From: Octopus sinensis
Lineage: Eukaryota
NCBI RefSeq assembly: GCF_006345805.1
Contig: NC_042997.1
Coordinates: forward strand, 70,866,001-70,930,000
Direction of reading: 5' to 3'
Length of the DNA: 64,000 bases
Shown: in pieces, positions 12,322 through 27,178 of the stretch
Numbering within the stretch: position 1 is the stretch's first letter
How the letters are laid out: each line of letters starts with the position of its first letter
Notes under the pieces: model-generated
What the model was told of the DNA's origin: nothing
Seen by the model: the letters and a program-made list of their open reading frames with translations, nothing else
Database searches by the model: none
Position numbers and translations under genes: made by a program

Positions 12322-14299
12322 ATGTATGTATGTATGTATGTATGTATGTATGTATGTATGAACGTATGCATATGTATATGTATATGTATATTTGAATGTC
12401 TTCATAATATTTACATACCAGCATGTGTCGAAGCACCAGCCCAATTCTATATAAACAGAGCAAATTTGATTCTGTTTACAGATGAAATTTACATGTGTGA
12501 CAAAAAGAAATGAAGATATGTATGCAAGATGTGGTTGGGGGATGTGTTTCTCATTCTTTCTAACTCGAAGAAGCAATTCAACATGTTTCCTTCCATTGAG
12601 AGAAATTTCTGTGTTCACTGCTGTATGAAGGAATACAACTGCAACAACAGACAAATACATTAAGCCCTTAATAATGATAATTACGGTCTATGATAACGTT
12701 TTATTTAGTCTATATATTATATACGCTGAAGCTACAAGTTACAGCTTGAAGTGGTGACAAAATCAAAACGCTATGGTTCAGTACAGTCACTTCCTTCTCA
12801 CATAACCTTCTGATGCGATGAGTAATAGCGTCAAGTATTTTTTCAACCAACAGTAGGTAATCTCATTTTTATCACCACATGCTGATATATCATTGTTTAA
12901 GGGAAAGTCCAAAATGATGGATATGTAACTTTTTCCTTGCAAGATATTGTATTTCCTTAAGGAAACTGTCTTTATATATGAGAACATGTTGAATGTAGAA
13001 ATCAAAATACCAATAAAACTAAACTTTCTTGTTTTGATATCTAGCTTTCAAATCTTAAAAATGATAAAAACAGATACACTCTATATTCATTTCACATATA
13101 GATGAAACATATTAGAACCAAACAATAAATGCATATGCAGCGGCATAAATTATCGGATAGTTTCAAATATCATCATTGTTCTAATTGAAAAGAAATGGTT
13201 ACATTAAGGAACTTATAACAAAACAATGTTTAAGCTAACTTTTTAAATGCATTTCATTATAAACCTCTTAAAAGTAAACAGCGTGGTAACCCGACTGGCG
13301 GTGGTCTAATACGGTGATTGATAGCTCATAAGGAACACGGGTTTTTGCAAGAAGTTAGTATAGTAAAGGACGCAGGTTTACTAGCATTTACTCGCACAAG
13401 TTGACCGCACTTCAATTATTTATTTACCCTGGAACATCGTTCTCTAATGACAATATGTAGCAAAATGTGTGAATATACGTGGCAATGTAATGCTCGAACT
13501 TCACGCCATTTTTTGTTTATTCAATACGGTTAATAACTACGGTACGTAAAAGGGTAAAAGGTTAGAGAAATGGTGGTCAGTAACAGTATTTAAGTAAATT
13601 ACTAGAGTAAGAAAATTTACAATGAATATATTGCAGCTTTAGATTAGCCTGAAGAAATTGTGGTGTGGTCTTTTGAGACCATTCTATGTATGAATTATAA
13701 TCTGTATCATATTTTCGATATAAACAATAGTTTCTTCCAGTCACATCATTAGAATATAGAGATGTCAGTAACTGATCGTGAAATACGATAGAACAACTAT
13801 AATCCAAATACATATGGTGGATATATATATATATATAACCCGCTCTGCGCAAGTGCTTCATTTGTTTTAGGATAGGACATATGATGGCAAAGAAATAATT
13901 GAACTATAAACTGAGTGATAAAATAGTATTTCGTTGATATATACACACGATAGCAAATTGGAGTATCTTCCATAAGTGAATTCATATTTCATTAAAGCAT
14001 TTTCTATACTGTAGTGTTCATTTGACGAATGGCATGAAAATACGAATAGCAAATTCAATTACTGGAATTTTTCTAGCAATGTTGTAAAACTGTGTGACGG
14101 GAGAATGAAAGAAACATGTTTCCAATACATGTTAATAAGAGCAAGTATGGGACATTTGAAAGTTCTCTGAGTGACGAAGCATTCCAAAAATGTATTTCCG
14201 AATCTAGGTTGATTCAGAGTTCTCCTTTTTACCAAATAATTATTTAAGGAGAGACTAATAATAACGCGAAAGTAAAGAAAAATCAGTTGATTTCAAATA

Positions 14300-14500
14300 T
14301 GGTAGAAGGCCAGCGATTTGTTGAGATGGGTAGATCGCTTGCATCAACCTCAGTGCTCAACTGGTATTTATTTTATCGACTTCGAAAGGATGAAAGGCAT
14401 AGTCGACCTCAGCAGTAATTTAACTCAGAACATGAAGCCGGACAAAATCTTGCTAAGTATTTCGCCCGGCATGCTAACGATTCTATCAGCTTGGCGCTTT
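14300..14500 (-). mobile_element. tRNA-derived SINE family B
   Basis: Reverse complement contains GAATCGTTAGCATGCCGGGCGAAA...GTCGAC...CCTTTCGAAGTCGATAAAATAAATACCAGTTGAGCACTGAGG; related to 32845-33045 and 44705-44905. Confidence 0.75.
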
Positions 14501-15947
14501 AAGGTCCAACTTAATATTAAGGACATCACTTCTTTTCGCATGCGGCTCAAATGTATGAGGAAAGCACTCCAAAAAACTTTAAAAGCCGAAACACTTAAGA
14601 CGGTCAGTGTAACAAACTATTCAAAGACAACGTACGGCGTCAGGAAAGATGGAATCGTTTAAATGCAAATATATATGAAAGCAACATTTGTTAAAAAAAA
14701 CATCAAGCCGATGAAAATATATGGAACATATACATGAACAGATTCCTGTAAAATTCAGATGCCCAGCAAAAGTGAAATTTACCTATAAAGTTATAAAGGC
14801 ATTTCCTGACTGCAAATTTATACAGGAATTCTATTATATTTGCATTTTTTTTTTTTTTTTGATACTAACATTAACCTGAACAAATAACATAAATTGTTGC
14901 TGAAATGGATAGTTTCAGTTTCTACTGACACATTCATATTGTGATAACAAAGAACACTCTACGTGATTGCATGTCGTGCTGGTAATATTTTACACTGTGT
15001 AGCCATGGCTGGAAAGCTTTTGCTCAAAGCACTGCCTGATCATAGAAGACCTTGAGTGAAACAACAAAAATAACAGCAACTATCATACAGCTGAGTCCAA
15101 AAACTTATTTTAAACATTACGAAAATGTTTCAGCACATTTCAATGGCGAAACGGATGAAATCCCAATGTACAAGCATAGTCATACCATGAATCTAGTAAT
15201 GAACTAGATTCCGACAAAAGAGAATTGTCGTAATGCCACTAAACATCTACGATATTATTACTTTCGAAAACACTAAAAGAAGAATATTTTAGAGTTATAA
15301 GCATACATAATATGCAAACATATATAAATATATATCTACACTCACGCAGTTTTGCATACACATATGCATATACCCACACACGCATACACACACACATAAA
15401 TAAATATATGTATATATATATGTATATATATATGTATATATATGTGTATATATATATGTATATATATATGTATATATATATGTATATATATATATATATA
15501 TATACATATATTAACGTATATATATATGTGTGTGTGTGTACGTATATACATGTGTGTGTACGTATTTTTATATACTCATCTACCTATCTACATACAAACC
15601 TTCCCATGTATGCATATATGCATACACTCAAACATACATGAAGAAAATCATGCATACATACATATCAAAATCATCAGCAGAACGACCAGATATCTCACAC
15701 ATCAGAATAACTGAAAATCATGATTTTATTTTCTGTTGGTTTGTTGTTGTCTGAATACTACACAACAGTGCTTTGTAACATAAGGACCGGATATAATGTT
15801 CCTCCATATGTGTGTGTGTGTGCGCGCGCGCGTTTGTGCGTGTGCGTGTTTGCGTGTGTATGTGTGTGTGTAAATGTATATAACTATATATAAATGCATT
15901 TATGCATATATATATATATACATATATATAAATACACACACACACAC

Positions 15948-15980
<33 letters not shown>

Positions 15981-16119
15981 TGTATATATATGCACACATT
16001 CTTTTGCATATCTGTGTGTCTATCTGTATGAACACAAATATACGTACATACATTCAAACAAAGTTACAAACACACACATACACGAACGCACTCATTTACA
16101 TACGCACGTCCATTTGTAG

Positions 16120-16727
16120 CTTTCAGTAGGTGACATCTTTTATGAAGTGATGTTTCAAAATCATCAAGATTACAGCAACTTCCACCAATATCGCTCCCTC
16201 CAACAGCGCCTGGCAGCATTGATTACAAGCCTGCTTATTTTGACCCCCAACATTGCAGACTTTTTTTTACCTCCTGTATCCATGAAACCTTCACTTCGAG
16301 CCGAGTCGAGATGTGACCACTGCAACAAAGCAGGAAATGTTTGTTTGGCTTTCTGCATGCACTCAGCATTCGCATGTTCTTCGGAAGTCTTCGCGATCCT
16401 CTGTCATACACACAGTGAACTATTTCCTGCTTCATTCTCCTTTTTAGTGAAGATACGTGGTTTAATGGCTTGTGTATTCAGCTCAAGATCCTACGATCGT
16501 GAATTCTGCTCTCAGCCGCGCGTTATGTTCTTGAGCGCGACATTTCCTTTCACGTTGCTCCACTTCACACAGTGGCAAAAATCTGTTGTACCTATATTTC
16601 AAAGGGCCAGCTTTGTCACATTTTATGTCACCTTGAATTTCCCTGGGAACTACGTCCTGTTGTATGGACTTGAACACACGTCATCGCACCGACGAAGAGT
16701 CCAGCCTCTCCGTTGCACGACAGAGCT
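16120..16727. other. GC-elevated, non-microsatellite segment, probably decayed transposon coding sequence of unidentified family
   Basis: Higher GC and complexity than its flanks; open frames on both strands (194 aa on +) but no recognisable motif or splice structure. Confidence 0.3.
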
Positions 16728-16808
16728 CTAAATCTAATGCCCACCTAAATCTAATGCCTAAATCTAATGTCCACCTAAATCTAATGCCTACCTAAATCTA
16801 ATGCCCAC
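16728..16808 (+). repeat. Minisatellite, 13-17-bp unit CTAAATCTAATGC(CCAC), about 5 copies
   Basis: Read directly from the sequence. Confidence 0.9.
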
Positions 16809-18063
16809 CAACTTGGACATAGCATGGAAATAGCAGCCCATGCTATTCCACTTTTGTGGGAAGTAGAAAGTAAAATTCTAATACGATTCTCTGAGTCATA
16901 CATATTTTCAGGCCTTTCGTTTTCTTGTGCACGCTTAATATTGCCTTCTCAGAGCACAGGCGGCTCAAAAACTGAAACGATACCATAATGTAAGAGAGTT
17001 GCATACTTATTGAAGTATGACGTGGAAACCCAAACTGCCTTCTAATTCCTAACATAATGTGGCCGAATGAAACATCTTATCCATCTATGTTGTTCTGTTT
17101 CATTCGATTTGTGCTGAACTGCAAGGCGAATTTGATATTAATTCCCATCAGATTCACACTGTTGTGAAGGCAAAACACTTTATTTCACGTCGCTTCAATC
17201 CATACAGGTATAAATGAGTATCTCTGCGATGTAGTGGTGTTCCGTTTCGGGGAGAAGGTTCTGATATCGGGCCCTTAAGCACGATGCTAACCACATATTT
17301 TTCTTCTCGCACAGGGACAAAAGTACTGCCATTAAATTGACTTGCCAGGTATGATATTTGAAGTCTACCGTCACACATATACAAGCAAGTTGAAAATAGT
17401 TGATAAATCAACACCATATGTCAATGGGTAAAGCATAAACAACAAACAAACGAAAAACTGTAATCGATGCGTAGCTGAAAGATCGCAGATCCTTTTCAGA
17501 TCTAAAAACTTCCATTGTACTAATGAAAATTGTATCTGAAATATTTAGTGGATGTAAACATATCGATTAAGTTCCTCTTCGCGAATTAGAAAATACCATA
17601 CTCTCCGGATTGAGCAGATATACCGCAGAACTTAGACCCCTATCCAGTCAGCCTTCTTAAAGCTTTATGGTCAAAGGGGACATAACTCTAATTCTTCTAC
17701 TTTTCCTTTTTCCTTTTTCTTTTGTTCCTTTCGTTTCCTGGTGTTTTCAACCTCCCACCTTTCAATCTACCTTCTTTTTGCCTTTACTCGTATTTTCCCT
17801 TATTCTATCGTCCCGTTTACCTTGTATATGCTATGTGAGCATAGCCTGAAGGCTGCATGAAAGCACTAGATGTGTTATAAAATGATGCCTGAGTTGTTTT
17901 CCTCGCATGAAACTATTAGTAGCTCATAACAAATATATACTGTTTTTATTAAGCAATATTTACCTATCACCAGATGGAGTACTGTTTGTTGCTCTTAGCT
18001 TCACGGAACAGCCTATTATATTATATTATATTATATTATATTATATATATATTATATATATAT

Positions 18064-18307
<244 letters not shown>

Positions 18308-18449
18308 CACGCACACATATTTTATGCCCCTAGAGAGAAGTTATCATATATGTGGCATATATTCATATTTCTTATATCATTTATAGGATAAATACATGTC
18401 TTTACGTTTAAATATTGTGAAAACTTGTTCATTCTTCTGTATTTATAAA

Positions 18450-19100
18450 CAGAGGTAAAATATATACAGTGAGCCTTGGAAATATATAGAGTAAGCCTTT
18501 ACAAACCGGAGAAACTGACCATGTATACTATGAAAGATTGTATTTTTACAAAGGTTAGGCTTCAAGTTATAACAGTGTATTATCATTGAAAGAGAAAAAC
18601 AGAGTTTCTAGAATGTATTGTTAAATATTGGTCTATATTAGCATATGTGGAGGGCTTAAATGCCACTATATTAGACTATTTTCCTTAGTCATTGCACGGT
18701 GATCACCACGAGCTTTAAGCATATATAAAAATACCAATATCATTATAAACAATAGTTTTTAAAAACTGATTAAAATATTGATAGAAGAATATCTGATATG
18801 GCATTGACCAACTCATGTTAACCCTGTTATAAATAAGAAGCAATTGATTTCACACTTAAATATGTATGCATGGATCTCTAAACCCCTTCAAATAACACCT
18901 ATAACAGACACTGAAACATTAGATCTACATATAATTTTCTTTAAACGTTAAGAATGATATTGTTACAAACGCTCTAGCCCTAGTCATGAAGCATTTCTTC
19001 ATAAATCTCTATAAAGGGAAGTATCCAATAAATACAGTCTTATACTATGTTACGATTCTATAACCCGACCATCCATTATTACACGCTATACAATATTCAT
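18450..19100 (+). mobile_element. Possible highly decayed LINE APE-endonuclease region
   Basis: Only scattered motif remnants (GD-like, DIW-like, IDF-like) in broken frames. Confidence 0.3.
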
Positions 19101-19332
19101 AGAAGCAACTAAATTAACTGTGAATATGTGTGCATGTAGAAATACAACTGCGCGTCTGCTTAACGACTCATGAAATACTGAACAGCTCTATCAAATCAAA
19201 CCAAACCAAAGCTTAGTATTTTGAATAAATCGTAAGTAATAAATAGGTTGTAAATTTAGACAAGCATATTTTAACCAATTTATTCCATGGGAAATACTGA
19301 AAAAACTATTATATGTATTGAATTTGAAAGTA

Positions 19333-20237
19333 CGAGGGGCGTTCAATAAGTAATGCCTCTGACCTACTTGCAGTTATTTGAAATAGCCGATGAGGTCAAG
19401 ATTAGTGCCGGGTCTGTGGAAACTATCATTCATGACCATTTGCATATGCAAAAGGTGTCTGCCAGATGGATTCCCAGGTTGCTCACACCTTTCCAGAAGC
19501 AAGAACGTGTCGAGTGCTCGAGGATGAATTTGGAGATGTGCCAAGAAGAAGAGTCAAAATTTTTCAAAAGACTGATTACACAGGATGAAACCTGGATCCA
19601 TCACTATGATATAGAGACCAAAACCCAGTCAATGCAGTGGAAGCACCGTGACTCACCTCCTCCAAAGAAGGCAAGGGTGCAGCCCTCCGCTGGCAAGGTC
19701 ATGCTCACAGTCTTCTGGGACCAGGACGGAGTAGTGATGACAGATTTCCTGGCAAAGGGTACCACAATTACAGGAGCCTATTATGCTTCACTTTTGAGGA
19801 AATTAAGAGAAGCTATCAAAATCAGGAGGCGGGGCAAGATCAGCAAAGGCATCCTCCTCCTGCAGGACAACACTCCGGTCCACAACTCGCGTGTCGCCAG
19901 ATCAGAAGCACAGGCGTGCGGCTATGAACTCCTCCCCCATGCCCCCTACTCTCCTGACCTTGCACCGTCTGATTTCACCTCTTCTCAGCCATGAAGTTGT
20001 TTTAGGAAGGAAAGCGCTTCCCAGGTGATGCAGCCTTGATTTCTGAAGTCACGTCGTGGTTGGAGGACCAAGCTGGGGTCTTCTACAAAAACGGTCTCCA
20101 GAGCTGCATCAAACGATGGGAGAAATGCATAACTCTGGGTGGTTCCTATGTAGTTAAAGACTAATAACTGTGCCAAGTTTCATTGCTCAACTCCTATGGG
20201 AAGTGGGTCAGGGGCATTATTTATTGAACTCCCCTCG
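19333..20237 (+). mobile_element. Mariner element (DD34D type) with both TIRs, N-terminal deletion and late frameshift
   Basis: TIRs CGAGGGGCGTTCAATAAGTAATGCC / GGCATTATTTATTGAACTCCCCTCG, TA on both sides. ORF 19353-19994 contains WIPRLL, ITQDETW, LLQDNTPVH and YSPDLAPSDF. Confidence 0.95.
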
Positions 20238-20801
20238 TAAATGCTACAGAGTTCCTCATAAACTCGGTAGTCTTTGTCATCCCGAGATAAAAACTATGTT
20301 GAAATGCATTAAATGTTGTTGGTTATGCTAAGCAAATAATAGCCTCGGCACACAAAATTCGTCAAGAAAACTGAAGACTAGGTACATTAGATCAGAGATA
20401 TTTACTAAACCTCGTCACTTTGCTAAATACCTCCTGCGACATTCAAAGATCACGCTACTAAGCTGATGAACGCATCAATATTCTTCACTTTAATGCAATC
20501 AATCACACTTTCTTAGTAAGGCCATCTTCAAATATAAAAACTTATAAATGTTCATGATGTCTCTATATTTTATAACAAAACATACTTATCGAAATATATC
20601 CCTATCTGTAACTACGGAGACACACACACGCGCGCATATGTGTGAACTATCAGTGATTTTATATACACACATATATATATATGATTACAGGTAGTTCATA
20701 CGCACACAAACTTACATATATATATAAATATATGTGTATATTTTTTCAATGTGTACAAATAACACGGAGAAAATGAATAGTCACCAGGGTAGCAAAAATA
20801 T

Positions 20802-20839
<38 letters not shown>

Positions 20840-20866
20840 GAAAAAGAAGCAACAAGAATGTATATA

Positions 20867-20997
<131 letters not shown>

Positions 20998-21049
20998 CAT
21001 ATATATATATACATATATATATGTATGTATGAATGTATATTTGACTAAT

Positions 21050-22200
21050 GAAATAAATTTAATAACCAATATAATAATTATCATAGTATTGTATAGTTTA
21101 TAAATTGTATTCTTATTACAACAACGTTGTTTGTTACTTCTGAAAGTATTGATAGTTTGGATATGCACTATGTATGGTCCCTCATATTGTAAATAATAAT
21201 ATTGATTAGTTCATTGAGAACAGTCCTTCATACTTGTTCAGTTTATATCATTGATTTCTATCAATTCACAAAATTCTCCCTTCCATAATATACGAATAAC
21301 TATCATTATTTAAGTAACTTCAATTCCGGTTAGCCCTAAAAAATTAGAAAATTTAATTCCCGTTACTATAGCCTAAATATTTATCTATGGGTTACTTTGA
21401 TTATCGCATTTACAGCCTTAAGTCTATGTTAATATTTATTACGGAATTCTCCATACGATAAATTAAGTAAACAAAGACATTTTTTATTAGGTTCCTGTTC
21501 ATATCTACTACGGAAGTACCCCTCCGAGAAAACAATAGATATAGAGCATTATTAGTAGTTAATTTAAACAATGATTTTTTTATATCAATTTATTTAAATA
21601 ATAGAAATGTTGTATTGAAGATGTAATTGTTTATATTTTTTTTGCTGCAGTTATACATAGGGGAAGACTTAAATAATTACATACACCTTTCTTATTGTTG
21701 TATGTTGTAGCGACAAGGGACTATCTTCGACATGAAAGTTTCGATTGGCATGTGTTTGAGATGTAATGAAGGGAATTTTGACGGTTGTGGATTGCATTTG
21801 GTTGTATCGTCTGTTAGAGTACTTTTGTTGTTTTTAATTGTAATTGATGTATGATTGAATAGTTAATGCCCACTTTCATAATACATAGACATTTGAATTA
21901 ATTTTTACAATCTAGCCGTCCTTTCACACGGAATTTCGTCTATCTTTAAACCAAGACCCTGAAGTGACTCATATATACGGTAACTGTTATTGTGTATGTT
22001 ATATCCCAAAATGTCTATAAGTCGAAACAATTTGTTGCTCTTTTATGGTTTTTCTTAATAATTGTTTATGTTATACAATATTCTGTTATATTATATTCAT
22101 TGTATATCATGTAATATTATAATATAAAGAAATTATTGAATTGTGAATAGTATCTCTCTAATTTTCTTTGTAATTGCATTATACCAATATTTATATGGTA
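21050..22200 (-). mobile_element. Possible highly decayed L1/Tx1-like LINE
   Basis: Weak remnants in broken frames (LIDI-W-like, KYLGY). Confidence 0.3.
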
Positions 22201-22271
22201 TTCAACTGACATACCACTGAATTTGATGTTTAACACGCCCCTTTGAAGGATTTTTTCCTCAGTTTGTTACT

Positions 22272-22309
<38 letters not shown>

Positions 22310-23270
22310 GCACAAATGATTGTGACTAGTATATACACATATATGATCGCCTGTATGTGAGTTAGAATACCCACATACTTCAGAATGTGTGTAAAACATT
22401 TGTTCACGTGATTCTGTATGCTTGTGAATAATTTCACGTATAAACATATGCAGAGTTAGGGGGCTCCTCTCAGCATTTATTTACCTCGAGATCCGTTCAT
22501 ATTTTATGTGCTTTTTATGCACACACTGTTCGCGCAGGCTTGCTAATATATGTGTACGTGTTTGTGTATGTATAAGTGCATGTAGTTAGTTGTATATGTG
22601 TTTATATATGTATAAACTTGCGTGTTCATAGCCTATTGATTACTGCCATTACAACATATACCTTTCTCGATATAATATTGCCTCAAGGAAATTCTGAACT
22701 ACACCCAGAACAACTTGCTTTTACATCTTAGATAATTTCATACACCCTTACAAATATTTTTTTTCCTTTGGTATTGGTAAAATATTTGTTGTGCCGTTCA
22801 CTTAATTACTATTTCGTCTCATTTTTCTTCAATATTTTCCTACTTTTCTTTTCAACTCTTACCCCACTTTCTTAGTTTCTTACTCACCCTTTCCTTCTTT
22901 CCTTACCACTCTCATTAATCTCTATGTATCCATCTTTAAGCAACCACCTCTTCCTTCTTTATTTAGATACGCACGCATAGCCACTTACATATATATGCTT
23001 ATATTTGTGCAAAGTTACTAGTCTCACACTCTCACACAGGCACACATGCATGCACAGTAATGCGTGTGTGTGTGCGTGTGTATGTATGTATTTGCATGTA
23101 TATGTATGTATGTATGTATGTATTTGCATGTATATGTATGTATGTATGTATGTATATGTCTATCGACTACTGCTACGTTCCGTTCACTACGCCATCTCGT
23201 CCGTCAGGATCTCACCTATGAACTCACTCTATCTGCCTCTACTCCTCTCTCTCTCTCTCTCTCTTTCTCA

Positions 23271-23313
<43 letters not shown>

Positions 23314-23749
23314 TCTATTGATCTATCATTCTATCTCTTCTATTCCCTTACTTCCAAGGTTTTGCTCTCTTTCATCTTTATATTTGATTATTGTTTGTTT
23401 TTGTTTTTTTTTGCATTAAATCTTAAGTAAAATTTTTCATTGAATATTTTACAGAGCCAAAGTTGTACTGCCAGAAGGAAATTCAAAATATTTTAAAATA
23501 TGGTAAAAACCGGATATTCAGAACGTTTTAAACTACAAAATATTTATAGACAATATTTAGACTTTTGAATAAGCTTACGTTTTAAATTGATCATACTTTC
23601 ATTATTACTATTCATAATACTACAACTATTAATACTAATGATGCTGACATTATTATTATTACCTCGCTCAAAGTTCTTGTTGTTATTGGTACTAGTATTA
23701 TTCTGGCCCTTGAGATAATTTTGATTGATATTATTACAATTATTGTTAT

Positions 23750-23773
23750 TATGATTATTATTATTATTATTAA

Positions 23774-23832
<59 letters not shown>
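23750..23832. repeat. (TTA)n microsatellite
   Basis: Read directly from the sequence. Confidence 0.95.
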
Positions 23833-23833
<1 letters not shown>

Positions 23834-24142
23834 AATATTTTATTCTTAGTTTAGCCCCAAGATATTTCAGCGAAATTGAATTTAATAAAAAACATTAATG
23901 AGAATTAATAAAATTGCGTACACAGACATACAACACTACATATGAATTTACATACACACACAAATATGCAGACATTCATACAGAGGCTCATAGAAACACA
24001 AATACTCATGTACAAGTATAAGGAGACAGGAACATGGACAATATACATGTACATGGGGGGTTTCTAGTATGTTTGCATGTGTGTATAAATATATGTGTGT
24101 ATGAATGTGTGTATGTGTGTGTGTTTGTGTATTTGTGTATTG

Positions 24143-24228
<86 letters not shown>

Positions 24229-25310
24229 CGTGTGTGTGTGTCTGTGTGTGTGTGTGTGTGTGTAAGTATATACATATATAAATATATATATACATAAATG
24301 CATGTAAGGATAGATGGATGGATGGATGGATGGATGGTTGGATGGATGGATGTATGTGTGCGGGGGTTGTTTGTGCGTTGTATGTATATGATTGTTTGAT
24401 GCTGTATTCATGGATCTACTACGCAGATTTAAGGTAAAAGAGATATGATGAAAATATTCAATGATGTTGGAAAAACCACAGAGTACAGTGGACATATTTC
24501 ATTATTTATTTTCATTCTTTTCAGGAAAAAATATCTTTTAAAGTAATTTTGCAATTAATAAATGTTTCGTTTTCTCTCTTACCCTTTAAATTAAGATATT
24601 TTAAAAATATTTTAAAATTGAAGCAGAACCTTTGAAAATTATTTTTAAAAAAATTTACTGAATTTTGAAAAGAAATATCCAAAATCCTTCCATTGGAACG
24701 GAACGTTCGTAACACAGGATGCTTATATTATTGAGAGTGTTAGAAATGTTATTAATATCGTTGGCAGCTTTACGTTCAGGAAAATGTTTTGTAATTTCAA
24801 TATATTTAAATGAATTTCACTAATTGGTTTGAAAGAAAACACTTATAATTTAAGATATACACATGTGCATCTAAAGATTCGCGCAATAGGGATCACAGAA
24901 TGACCGAACTATAGAACCGTCGTTTACCTGTAATTATTATCGACATACTCACACTAGAATCTCTTCTTATCAAAGGTGGCTGTATTTTATGTTCCAGAGG
25001 GGAAAAATATAGTTGAAAATCCATTTCAAATTAAGGCTGCTTGAACCATATAGGTCACTCTTCAATTTTATAATTATCTAGAATTTCATCAATAACACAT
25101 TTTAGTTTTTCTATGCAGGCAAGCGAATTGAAAAGCAATGGTGAGTATTTAAATCATAGATCACTGTGCATTAAGACATAAGGAAGTTTCCATTTTTCAT
25201 ACAATCGTTGGAATTTTGGTTCGCAATGTAATTGATTTAAATCGTAATAATAATTAATCATTCAATAAAAGATACAAAACAAGAATATTAAATAATGTAT
25301 AAATATTAAA

Positions 25311-26220
25311 TCTATATATATAAAAGTGAAGTTGTGTGAGTGTCTGTCTCCTACGATTTAGATTCCTAACTACTCCCACATTTTGCGGTGCAGTTTCACC
25401 AAATTCGGGTATCTTATATTCGTGATTCATATCGAGCCCGTCTGGGTATTAGCGCGCGTCTATGATGAGTCTACGATTTTAAAAATAATTTTCCATAATT
25501 TTTTTCCATTTGAAGGCATATTTTATCCGTGTGTCGATGGCGGCGGAGTTGGCGTCCATGCTCACACCTGCACCTGTGTTGTTTCTCCCCCTTCTTCCCT
25601 CCCTCGTGAAGCTGTGGGGAAGGGAGTGTAAGGAAATCAACGCCGTAAAGCGTTGTCAAGGAGACCAGCGTTCTTTTAGAACAACGACTTCATGGCTTGA
25701 AGACACCAAAACAGAAATGGCTAAGAAAGCCCGAAAGCAAATTCTACAAAATCGGGAAACACGCCACACAGGGAAGGTTTCCCGTGCAAATAATTTGCAC
25801 AACCGAATGTTATAGTTGTTAGTTGTTGCACAAATCTTTATATATAAAAGTGAAGTTGTGTGTCTGTCTCCTACGATTTAGATTCCTAACTACTCCCACA
25901 TTTTGTGGTGCAGTTTAACCAAAACCGGGTATCTTATAGTCGTGATTCATATCGAGCCATTCTGGGTATTAGCGCGCGTCTACGATGAGTCTACGATTTA
26001 AAAAAAAATTACCATCATTTTTTCCATTTTAATGCATTTTTTCGCTATTATATAAGGGAAGTAACTCTCTAAAAATGTCAACGATGAGTCAACGATTTAA
26101 AAAAAAAATTACCATCATTTTTTATTTCATTTTTAATGCATTTTTTTGCTATAACTCTCTAAAAATGATTATATAGTTATTTCCCTTACAAACTCGAGCA
26201 ACGCCGGGCGATACTGCTAG
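25311..26220 (+). mobile_element. Composite non-autonomous Helitron: two 5' ends, one 3' end
   Basis: A|TCTATATATATAAAAGTGAAG at 25311 and A|TCTTTATATATAAAAGTGAAG at 25835 share about 190 bp; single 3' terminus CTCGAGCAACGCCGGGCGATACTGCTAG|T at 26220. Confidence 0.82.
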
Positions 26221-26289
26221 TAATGTATAAAGTTGACATAACAATTCTGAGGTCGTGTTTCCTCTTTATCGATTCCCACTACACATGTA

Positions 26290-27034
26290 TTAGGTTGTCA
26301 AGAAAGTTCTAGCGGAATATTTAATCTTGGTTTTAAATGAAGTATTTTCAAATTAATTTTAGTTAAATTACTTTATATATCATTTTAAAACCCGTTTTCC
26401 GCTCTAACTAATCGTGTTACTCTTTTTCCTTTTGAATAATTAGGCCATTTTTTCCGGAACGTTGAATACAACATGGACAAAAAGCAAATTCGCACAGTTT
26501 TCTTATTCCAGTTCAAGCTAGGCTGAAAAGCTGCTGAAACAGCTTGAGATATCAACGTTGCGTTTGTCCCAAGAACCACTATTGAACGGACAGCGAAAAT
26601 TCTGATACAAGAAATTTCGTAGCAGTGACAAGAGTCTTCAAAACGATAATCATAGTGGTCGGCTATCGGATGTTGTCAACGATTAACTAAGAGCCTTAGT
26701 CGAAGCTGAACGAATTGGGCTACGAAACACTGCCTCATCCGCCATACTCACCAAACCTCTCGCCTACCTACTACAACATTTTCAAGCATCTCGACAACTT
26801 TCTACATTAGATATGCTTCAAAAACCAAGACGATTCCAAACACGCCTTCAACGACTTCATCGAGATCAGAACGCAGGATTTTCACACTACTAGCATAAAT
26901 AAACTTGTTTCGCGTTGGCAAAAGTGTGTTGATTCTGATTGTGTTTATTTCAATTAATAAAGTTTTGTTTGAGTTGAGATAAGTGCATCTGAATTTAAAG
27001 GTTAAAAACCGGAAGAATTTTCTTGACAACCTAA
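26290..27034 (+). mobile_element. Internally deleted Hsmar1-like mariner with both TIRs
   Basis: TA|TTAGGTTGTCAAGAAAGTTC ... GAATTTTCTTGACAACCTAA|TA. MDKKQIRTVFLFQFKLG is joined to ELGYETLPHPPYSPNLSP and INKLVSRWQKCVDS. Confidence 0.9.
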
Positions 27035-27126
27035 TAACTTTTACCATGAACATGTTATCGGAATTACACACACATACACACACACACACACTCACACACA
27101 TACACTCACATACACACACACACACT

Positions 27127-27157
<31 letters not shown>

Positions 27158-27178
27158 GCGCACACACATAAGCATATA

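Noticed and set aside
12400-13560. Possible piggyBac remnant (Cys-containing minus frame, AAGGGT-like end)
   Set aside because: No clear TTAA-flanked TIR pair or catalytic motifs.
14770-14810. Weaker AG|GT juxtapositions on the minus strand (TAG|GTAAAT near 14783; CAG|GTGATT near 48545)
   Set aside because: Poor pyrimidine tract or weak donor, at the level expected by chance.
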